Origin: Podarcis melisellensis
Lineage: Eukaryota
Reading direction: 5' to 3' (one strand)
NCBI GenBank assembly: GCA_964234715.1
Contig: OZ174285.1
Length of the DNA: 64,000 nucleotides
Positions 53,484 to 64,000 of this stretch are shown here, piece by piece. Made by a program: the position numbers and the translations under genes. The stretch's first letter is position 1. Every line of letters begins with the position of its first letter. A model generated the notes under the pieces. It was not told the DNA's origin and made no database searches. It saw nothing but the letters and a program-made list of their open reading frames with translations.

Positions 53484-53627
53484 AACCTAATTGAAGTCTG
53501 CTATGGCTGGTTAGTACAGGTTCTCTGTTGCCACTATTGCATAGATCTTATGCCAGAACATGTCTTTGTGTGAAAATTTTACAAAAATCAGTTCAGTTTC
53601 TTTATGAAACCAAATTGTGTTAAATGA

Positions 53628-53789
<162 letters not shown>

Positions 53790-54171
53790 TAGCAGCATAA
53801 ATGGTCTAGTTCTGACCGTCTTTCAGTAAATTTGATGGTGATTGAGTTTTACTTGGTCTCTTCTAGGATGAAACCTAAGCAGGTAGTACATCTATTTTGG
53901 GCACTAACTGTTCCCTCCCCCAGCTGAACTATGGTAGCCATATAGTGTTTGCTCCACATATTAAGCTACTTATATGTATTGCAAGTGAAAGTATTGTATG
54001 AGGAGGGATGATATTGTAGCTTACTGTTTGCTCCTCATAATGTTTTTTAATATGAAGGATTGTGTCTCTGCATGGCAGTTTTTGCTTTGTCTTAGTGAAA
54101 ATAATTGGATCTGACCACATAGAATAAATCTTACAAGAAAATAAAATGAAAATCTTCCTTCTCTACAACAG

Positions 54172-54317
54172 AAAAAAGTAAACCCAGACTTGCAAGTAGA
54201 AGTGAAGCCGAGCATCCGGGCAAGGAAGATCCAGGAAGAAAAGATGAGGAAGCAGATGCAGAAAGAAGAATATTGGAGAAGACGTGAAGAGGAGGAACGG
54301 TGGAGAATGGAAATGAG
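54172..54317 (+). CDS. ZFR: ZFR exon 11 ([19 protein letters not shown]...WRMEM-R)
   Basis: 146 nt, phase 0 to 2. Confidence 0.96.
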
Positions 54318-54689
54318 GTAACATGTAGACTTTAATAGCGACCAGTGTACATTTTGTAAACCTGAATCAGTTTCCATTCTATGTAACTATATTCCTATGA
54401 ATGCTTGCCTTGGAAAGCCTGGATTAATTTTACCTTTAAATAAATAATTGACAGCAGGCATAGGAAATATTTATAAAGAGTAAGAATGGCTTTTTATGGG
54501 TGTAATCCAGATCCTGCTATGAATTCTGTAGCGAATACAGAATTATTGAACCTGCAGCATCCAATATCTTTTTTAACATTTGAAGTTCCAAAAATTAATT
54601 TTGGTGGGACCTGAATTATTGAACATATCGTCAATAAAAGGTATTTCTGCATCAACTGAAAGCATATGTGATTTAATTCATATACTTAG

Positions 54690-54852
54690 ACGCTATGAGG
54701 AAGACATGTACTGGAGGAGGATGGAAGAAGAGCAGCATCATTGGGATGACCGCCACAGAATACCTGATGGAGGATATCCTCATGGACCTCCAGGACCTCT
54801 TGGACTACTTGGTGTTAGACCAGGAATGCCACCACAGCCCCAGGGACCAGCT
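54690..54852 (+). CDS. ZFR: ZFR exon 12 ([10 protein letters not shown]...PQPQGPA)
   Basis: 163 nt; GCT|gtgagt donor. Confidence 0.96.
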
Positions 54853-55642
54853 GTGAGTAATGTTCACATTGTCTCTGTCCTCCTGGTGTATTTGGGGGAA
54901 TGGGGGGAACCTAGTAATTCAATCAGGTCTGCAAATTATGCCTAGACTTAGTAGCTAAGCATTGGCCTCTGCTACCCAGCTGTGAAATCTAGAGCCATCA
55001 TGATGGCACCATCATATTACATGTGTTATCAGGACACTTATTCTGCCAACAACTTATTCTGAGTCCCATCACATAAAGGAAGGGATAACATATGTGACTG
55101 CAGTCTTTTGTTTCCATTTCCATTTCTTTATTTAAGGTATTTGGTCTCTTGCAGTTCAGGACCATAGCTTACAGTGCCAAAAAGTGCCCCCCCCCTTAGT
55201 GATTACAAGGAGTTTCAGACCTAAAAAGAGAATCAAATTCTTGCCTTTATTTGCCCCATCTTAGTTTTTAAACTCAGACAAGATAACTGAATAAGGATTC
55301 TCTTACAGTGTGACCAGTTGAGATTCAGATTCCTGTATCTTTACATATCTTTTGAATTTGATGTAATCTGTAACAAATAATAGTAAAACTTGAAAGCCTT
55401 CCTAAGTCTTGGTCTGTATCACCCCATTTATTTTCCAGAGCAGGGAGAGCCTTTAGCCCTGGTGGGTGGTTTTGATGCCAACCAATTCTTCATTTACAGT
55501 TTTTAAAGATCTCATTGTCTTTATGTGAGCTCTTAATGCACTTTGAGGCAGAAAACTTGATAATTTTAATAAAATAGCAAAGAACAAAAAGCAGGAAAAC
55601 AAAAAATGTATCTGATTTTTAAAATCCACTTTCTGCATTCAG

Positions 55643-55848
55643 CCTCTTCGCCGACCAGATTCTTCAGATGACCGCTACGTAATGACCAAACATGCTGCTA
55701 TCTATCCAACTGAAGAGGAACTCCAGGCAGTACAGAAAATAGTTTCTATCACTGAGCGTGCACTGAAACTTGTATCTGATAACATGACTGACAATGAAAA
55801 AAACAAGAGCAAGGAAGGAGATGATAAAAAAGAGGGCGGCAAAGACAG
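55643..55848 (+). CDS. ZFR: ZFR exon 13 ([17 protein letters not shown]...GGKD-R), start of DZF domain
   Basis: 206 nt; DZF N-terminal motif shared with ILF3/STRBP. Confidence 0.97.
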
Positions 55849-56384
55849 GTATGTTTTATTGCCATTGTTGCTTGCAATCATTGTGCTTGGAGAGGGACTA
55901 AGACAAAATGGAGCATTTGCCCTACTTCATGCCAACTTCTTAAACTTCTGCTCCCAGAAATATTGAATTCTGTTATCAGAATAATGGATCCCTAATTTTT
56001 GCCAATGAAAGTTGTTTGCTTAGCTGGCATTCTCCAGAAGCAACTAGGAACTGCATTTCTTCAACAGCAACTGCACTTTGTTCATATGAAAAAGTCCTTC
56101 AGCTGTGCAATAGATTTTTAGCAGCACTTTAGACTACTTTTCCTTGGCTGAGGCTTTATCCTCTTGCTGACTGTAGAGAAGGACTAGCCAGTGTGAGAAA
56201 TGCCAAACTTTTCATTGCACATCTTTGCTGTCTGGATCTATTTTCCAAAACTTCGTGCTTTCCGCATAAAAATGTACACTATGATATATGTAGAGAATGA
56301 CAGAATGCACACTGTCCTCAGGGGGGTCTAGGGTAGTGTGTTGCACGTGAAGGGCTCTCCCTGCATTAGGCTTGTTTTCTTTGA

Positions 56385-56678
<294 letters not shown>

Positions 56679-57074
56679 TGAAGTAGGTGGACTGGCAATG
56701 AGCTATTTTCTAAATAGCTCATCCGGCAATGCATAGCTGCACTGCCATCCTGTAATAGGAGTGCTTCTACCCTCTTCACGGCTGTAGGAAGGCTGGAATA
56801 AGAGCCTTGTAGTACTCCTTGAGGGTGCGGAAGACGGAAAGAAAAGAACACCTCCCTTCCCAGTCTCCTTAAAACTCCACATTGTGTTATATAGTGCTAA
56901 TTAACTGTGGTAGGAGGTTGGCTGCCAACCCCAAACATGAGCATTTTATTGTATAGCAGGTGCAGGGACCTCAGGCCTGGGGGCTGAAGGAAGCCCTCCA
57001 GGCCTCTCTGGCTCTGAGCACTCTCCCCTGGGCCACATGCCTCACTAGCCCTACTTCTCATACCCCTTGAGGGT

Positions 57075-57290
57075 AATAACAATAAAAATTTATTATTTAT
57101 ACCCTGTCCATCTGGCTGGGTTTTCCCAGCCACTCTGGACGGCTCCCAACAGAATATTAAAAACAAGATGAAACATCAAACATCAAAAACTTCCCTAAAC
57201 AGGGCTGCCTTCAGATGTCTTCTAAAAGCCAGATAGTTGTTTATTTCCTAGACATCTGATGGGAGGGCGTTCCACAGGGCGGGCGCCAAT
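57075..57290 (-). mobile_element. LINE (L2-like) 3' end
   Basis: Reverse complement of 24420-24490 plus further upstream sequence; AT-rich tail. Confidence 0.65.
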
Positions 57291-57861
57291 GTAGGTCTTT
57301 CAGGACCAATCTAGCTGCTGCATTCTATTAGTTGGAATGTGCCTTTGAACTCGGCTAGTGCTTCTTGCTTGCCTGGAAGGAGGATGGAGAGTGGTCTGAA
57401 AGTGCATCTAGAAACTAGCCTTATAATTTGGTAAAAAATGCACCCGTTACTCGACCCATTTTTCTCTCTGGGTCCTCTCACAACTGGAATGGACACCCCC
57501 CCCCCCGGATTCCCAGAAAGGAATGTTAGCCCACTTTTGCTATATTCATTCAGGGAGCAGGGTGGATTCTGCACAGTGGGGAAGCAGAAATTTATTTTTT
57601 CTTTCTCCTCCATCCTAAAACCTTCCAATATACAGTGGGAGGGCCTTAACCTCATAATGGCCACCTGCTCCTTCCCTCCAGGATACTGTAAATTTGTTAC
57701 AGACTCAAGGAAGCCAGTTCTCTCTCACCTTACTTTCCTTTAATGTATGAATTCATGATTTAGTCAAGGTACGGTACAAGCAACTTGTGATGAACCTCCG
57801 GGTATTTCGGACTAGTCCCTTTTTGTGTGAAAACATTTAGCTTCTTATTTGCATTCTTTAG

Positions 57862-58003
57862 GTAATAAGTCCTGAGAAATATGAAATAAAGTGTGCAGGA
57901 CAAGAAGCATCCATCATTTTGAATTCCTGTGTGGAACCTAAAATGCAAGTGACCATCACGTTGACATCACCAGTGATTCGGGAAGAGAACATGAGGGATG
58001 GAG
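57862..58003 (+). CDS. ZFR: ZFR exon 15 ([11 protein letters not shown]...IREENMRDG), DZF
   Basis: 142 nt; donor G|gttcgg is non-consensus but required by protein homology. Confidence 0.92.
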
Positions 58004-61000
58004 GTTCGGAATCTGTTAAAAAATGCTCTATTTTAATTGGCTTAATCATTCTGTCATAAACGGCATTAAATCCTGGAAGGCAACATGCTGGCATGTGATA
58101 CACATTTAATGGCAATTCATAAATCAAGCAGTCTTGTGTGTTTTTCCAAAACCTATTTTAGACTTATTCACTGCAACCAACAACCTCAGATTTCTGGAAA
58201 ATGTAGGTGTTTTTTTAAAATGTGCAAACCTGTCTTTCTTTGGAAAAAGTAAATGTTTATGACTCAAATACCTGCAAGTTGATAATCAAGAAGGCTTCCT
58301 CCCTAAGGGAGAAACTACACCAGGAAATTATATTGTATGTTTGAAACTGGATCAGTCTTAGCCTTCATTTATATGGCACTTAGTTAATTTTTAAGTTCAA
58401 AGTGATTCTGGCTTTGCTTGGAGCAAGATGTGTATTTTTTTCCAGTTTTTTGAGGTTGGTTTCTGGACTGGAGTATAAGACAAAGAGCTCCTAATATTGA
58501 GGTTGGAGTGTCTTAATTAAGCAGTACATATGCAGTGTGTTTATAGTAAAGAGTGATAGCTGAGTTCAGTTAAGTAGACCTTGGAACTTTAAAACTCCAT
58601 ATGTATTTATGACCTGTGCGATCCTACTGGTGCCAGCAGTGTTGCTTTAGGGTCTCTTCTATAATTCTTTGAAAGCTACAAATGTTTTTAAGCCAGCAAG
58701 CATGATAATTTAATGTCTGCAATATGTTGGCTCTATTTAGAGGTCAGATAAAATGAACTTTGTTTTCTTTTGTCTTGTGTTGGTCAAAATAAACTTTTTG
58801 CAGGCACAGTGGTATTGCTGGCTAAGAATATATAAGCATAGGAAGTAAGGCTCTGTTTAAGTTCTTGTTAGCATAGAGTGAGTGTGCTTGTGTACATACA
58901 GCTGTGGAATGAACTCTTAGCATTATGCTTTCAATATTTGAACAATTGCTTATGTTATTTTTTTAAAGTATAACTATTCTAGAAGCAAGCTTTCTCAAAA
59001 AGCTTTTTTTTAAAAAACAAAGCTTGACTATTAATGTACATAGGATTTTTCTTCCTGGTTTTTAAAACACTACTTAAATTTACACAATACCATTGGCTTT
59101 TAAATTCTGAAATAATCACAGATAACTTTGCTTGATTGCCCTGAGTTCAGTTTATTTATTCATCTTTACCAAACAACAGAAAGAACGTCAGACATCACAA
59201 TTGGTTATATGCAACCTGTAAAGATTTGGCAAAAAAAGGAAAACGTGGATAGAAAATTGCACAACTATTTTGAACACGATCTTGATGCCATTTCACTGTG
59301 CCGATTAATTTCATGATCTGACTTCAAAAGAAAATAAAGCTCCAATTTTTTGTCTGACCCAAACATTAATTAGAGTTGCCATTCTAAGTTTGATAATACT
59401 AAGTTTGATAATATTAATAGAGGAAAGCAAAGCTTTTAAAATTTTTGAATCATTTCTTCAAGACACTGAGCAGCTTAAAATGAATATGTGAAAAAGTTTA
59501 CCTCTGAAATATGTGGTTTAACTGCAAATTGTAGTAAACAAGACTTTTATAAAGATCATTGTTTATGTGCTGCAAAAAAAGGTATACTCTTAACTGCAGC
59601 TCTTAATGCTCGGTGTCTTAACTTGGTTGATGGAATCTAGCTGGCTTTTGGGAGTTGAATTCAGGTGGCAAGGAAGGCTTTGCTGGAAGAACCCAATTTT
59701 AAGTAGATGTATTTCATTTGCTGGTTGAATAACATCTTATGTAATCCTATTCAGTTGCAAACTGAAGGGGAAGGAGAAGGTAAACACAAAACTGTTAACC
59801 ATGTAGGATTTTGTTTCTTTACAGTTTTGTGCACTTAACAGTTAAATTTACAGAATTTACTCCGGATATAAAGATTCTGTAACCCATGCTGCGGAATGTG
59901 TTTCTTCAGCAAAGTGTATATGTTTATGTTTTTTATCCTTAGCTTATTAGCCCCGGTCCAAAGCCTTCTAGCAGAGACAATTGAATCCTGTCAGGGATTG
60001 CTGCCAAGACATCGGAAGGATTTTTGACCAAGGTTTTCTAAAGCTCAATGTCACACCTGCCATATTTTTGAGGGGGTTTGGTTGCATAGTCCTAGCATTT
60101 ACTGTTACTTTTGTGTTTTGTCTTTTTTTTCCTTCTTGTCTTTGTCTCTCTCTTCTCTAGAATTAAGCAGTGTTCACACTAGCTTTGAAACAGTTGACTG
60201 GGTAATACTTAATTCACACCTGGAATTGAAAGCGCATGTCATACCTGTTAACTTTTTAATAACGAAATAGTGTGGACACAGCATGTCTTATTGAAGATTA
60301 ACCCCTTATTTTTAGAATACAAGAAAATTAATCTGCACTTTAAAAACAAAGCTATGGTTGAAGCTAAGAGGGCACACTTGAATTCTGATTCATTTAATTT
60401 TAGGACCAGTTTTTAAGGGGTTAATCCACTTGGAGTCTTTATGCAAAAATCCACATATAGGAAAGTCTTTTAAATGGATATCCAGCCCAGATAAGCTCTC
60501 AATTTCTATAGCTGCTTCAGCATCTTCTGATGGCTTCAAGGTTGATTCGCAATGGGTACACTCTATCTCCCACTGAGGTCAATGACAAATCTCAAGCTTA
60601 ATAGAGCTGGATCACCCATAATCTTGCTTGTCAATTGTATATGGGTCTCTGGATCATTGCATCATTATTTTTTTTAAAAAGTAGTGCTTCGAAATACAAG
60701 TGTTTTAATACCATTATTTAAATAATAATAATCCAGGACTTCAGTGATAATTAAACTAAGTCATTAACGCTATTTTCTTGTAAGTATTTTTTAGGAGAGT
60801 ATAAATAGTTTTTATGAAACAAAGCTTGCTCCCACAAGCTATATAAAGTAGAATAAACTCTCCCTATTTTGTCAGAGCTATGAACTGAACTTTAAATGTG
60901 TCAATTATCAAATCGTACTGCTGACTTTGGCCTCAGTTGACTCTTTTCCCTTAAATTTTCTCTCCTTTCACTTGATACATCTATAATCCTAATGTCTTCT

Positions 61001-62460
61001 TTCATTTGCTTTGAAATCTCTCACTAACTAATGTGACTCATTTTTCACTTCACTGTATCTGTATAGCCCATAAAATTCACCATGTTAAAATGGCATAAAT
61101 CCCATTGCTAAAATGTTTAAGACTTGTATATCCCACTGGTAAAATATTAATATAAGCATAAACAAATGAATTTCGTATGAGAGGTGTACAATTCAGGCAT
61201 AGCATACTAAATGAAATTGAAATAATTCTGTGCACAGCGGAAGTGTCATTTATATAAATTCTGGCTTGCATTCTTTGACCTGTTTCTCTTCATTGATGGC
61301 TGACCTTCAAGCCAAATCTGTTAATATCTTGGTTTACGTTCTTTTCCTAGTTCGTGTGTTCCATGAGTCTTTGATTTGCTGTTATGAGTATGTTTGCTTA
61401 AATTAGACTACATTTTAATGTCCCATCTGCTGAATAATCCAGGCAAAGTCTGGTCGCATTCAACATTTATTTTAACAGCAATTTTGTATTGGCAGAAAAT
61501 TTAAAAATATCTAGAAATACTCTTGGCTGCTCAGCAGGCAGTTACAACATATTTAGGAACAGTAGTTATAATTGACACAAAATCCTTGTTTGGAAAATAA
61601 GAATTTACCAGATGCAGTGTTGTTCTTTCTATCACACTGCTGTTGCTTCTGCTTTTCCTGGTTTTGATTTTTCCTCTACTTCCTTCTCTTAAGACCCCTC
61701 TTTCTTATTTTCTTCTGGTATACCCCTGGATGAAATTGGGATGGATATACACAGCATGCACCTTGGTGCAATAGGAGCCTAGAGGGTTTAAGAAATACAA
61801 ACATGTACAGGTGCTCTTGACTTGAATTTTACAAAGTATTTCACATCCCTTCAGACTCCATAAAACCAAAAAATCTGGATTGTTTCTATAAGTATAGTTT
61901 TACCTTACCTTAATGGGAGGTATCCTAGTACATCATGGGTCTTGACTGCTCAGGAAGAATTTTGACCCATTAACTAGGACTAAGTCTGAGGTAGCATGCG
62001 GCCATTTTAAGTTGTCCCAACAAACACAGGGCACAATCCACTGGGAAGTTGTTCTGCACAAGCACCATTAAAATGGATGGGAACTTAACAGAAATGCCCA
62101 TTCAGTTCAGTGGGGCCCACACAGAAGAACTTCACAATAGATTTTGCTCACAGTTTGTTGTAACTTTTGCTTCATTCAAGTGGATTTTTGTGTTCCTTCT
62201 GTCTTGTGTTTCCTGTGCTGGTGCACTGTGTCCAACCATTCTTCCTTCAACATTTTAATTTTAGGGGAAATTTATTTTTCCAGAGGATTTTTTTTCACAA
62301 ATAGATGGACATAAAAAAAATAAGATTGAGAGCTAACCTTGTATTATGCTCTTGATTACCTTTTGTATTGGGCTCAATGACCACATACAGATTAAGGGAT
62401 TACTACTGCTGAATACAAATACATTGGAGATAGGGATTGCAATATAAATGGCACGTGTGA

Positions 62461-62672
62461 NNNNNNNNNNNNNNNNNNNNNNNNNNNNNNNNNNNNNNNN
62501 NNNNNNNNNNNNNNNNNNNNNNNNNNNNNNNNNNNNNNNNNNNNNNNNNNNNNNNNNNNNNNNNNNNNNNNNNNNNNNNNNNNNNNNNNNNNNNNNNNNN
62601 NNNNNNNNNNNNNNNNNNNNNNNNNNNNNNNNNNNNNNNNNNNNNNNNNNNNNNNNNNNNNNNNNNNNNNNN
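62461..62672. other. Assembly gap (212 N), probably hiding ZFR exon 16
   Basis: The [33 protein letters not shown]-type exon is not visible between exons 15 and 17, and their phases (1 vs 0) require an intervening exon. Confidence 0.8.
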
Positions 62673-63454
62673 TAGCCTTATGAGAGAGAGTAGTTCAGTT
62701 GTTCGGTTGGATGTTAAACTATGCGGAAAAACTAAATGTTGCCCATAGTAAATATGTGTATATATATCTATTATGTGTACTCATATATAAAATTAAATGA
62801 CATGGGAGAAATTAATTCATCTTGGAAGATCTGTATAGAAGAACCGCTTTATGCCGTTCTTGCCAATTTGACGTCAACTTGTTTTTCTGGCCACTGAGAT
62901 AGCGAAGTTGAAAGCTTGACTCGCTTGGGGAAATCGTATGTTTTGTATTGGTAATGTGTTCCATAAGGCTGCAGAGTAACTTTGCTTTAAATAACAGAAT
63001 GTGTGTTTAAAGCTTTGTGTGTTAGATGTAAGACTTTTACCCTTTTTTTCTTGAAGCTTATTAAGTGTAGGGAATGAAAGGTGAGAAACTATTTGGTTTG
63101 GTGACTTTGCACTCCAGCAAAGGTACGACAGAGAAACCAAACAGATTCCCATAGCCTTTCAGTCTCTCTACTTGTTAGCTCTTTACTCCTGTATTTCTAT
63201 TATAGGAAGATAATTGTATTTTCTGTATAAATGAACCAAAGTGTGCAGGAATTCAAGGGATATTAGTCTTGTATAACCTGTGCACCTTGACTTCTCAATT
63301 ACTAACCTTGGCATAAAATGCTTCTGTAAATGGCAGCTCCTGGAATGTTTCATGTGGCTTGTTTCTTTTCTGTGTCTGAGCTTCCATTGAACAGTGGTGT
63401 TTTAGCTTCTCTAAGAGGCCTATATTCTATTGGTGCTGGGATTGATTAACTTGA

Positions 63455-63667
<213 letters not shown>

Positions 63668-64000
63668 TGATTTACAAGAAATAGTAAAGTATCAATAAAA
63701 ATGATTAAAAAACCAATTAAACATTTAATTGCCGATTCTCTGTGTTCTCAGAATTACGCATGAAATTCTTTTGAATATCCTTGCAACTTTGGAATTTTAT
63801 ACTTCACTGCATTTATTTGCTGGCCGTTGTGATGCCTCATAGCTTCAATCCAAAGAGCTCCTTGTACTTATACAAGACACACATGTTGATTACATAAATC
63901 TGTAATTTCCAGTAATTTTGATTTTGTCTTTTTAAGGCATTTGGGCTAAAGAAGTATATTTCCCTTTTTATATGCAGAGATCCCACTGACACAAAATATT

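Noticed and set aside
57786-57860. TGTGATGA box C-like motif before exon 15
   Set aside because: No box D (CTGA) or terminal stem within the intron, so a snoRNA is not supported
62448-62675. 75-aa ORF of X residues
   Set aside because: Artefact of the N gap
61232-62850. Possible long-range pairing TGTCATTTA/TAAATGACA across the gap
   Set aside because: Only 9 bp and AT-rich; chance level over this distance

Overview
Vertebrate genomic DNA, almost certainly squamate (likely a lacertid lizard, judging from Sauria-type and tRNA/CR1-tail SINEs plus reptile-type MITEs). It holds two divergently transcribed genes. SUB1 (PC4 coactivator) is complete on the minus strand: non-coding exon 1 near 33.05 kb and 4 coding exons, 126 aa. 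ZFR (zinc finger RNA-binding protein) is on the plus strand: exons 1-15 and 17 are visible, exon 16 is inferred inside the 212-nt N gap, and the gene continues past the window end. Each gene has its own CpG-island promoter, with starts about 2.8 kb apart. Positions 1-22.6 kb are intergenic and rich in transposon relics (Tc1/mariner and hAT MITEs, CR1, L1-like, Penelope-like, LTR-like, SINEs). Most ORFs in the supplied track are spurious. The most notable unexplained signals are: (i) three candidate stop- or frameshift-introducing cassette exons interleaved with hairpins in ZFR intron 15, a possible dsRNA-based autoregulatory NMD module; (ii) an intact minimal hammerhead ribozyme motif in a Penelope-like insertion antisense to ZFR intron 4; (iii) a 74-bp near-perfect inverted repeat with an A:C mismatch in ZFR intron 9.
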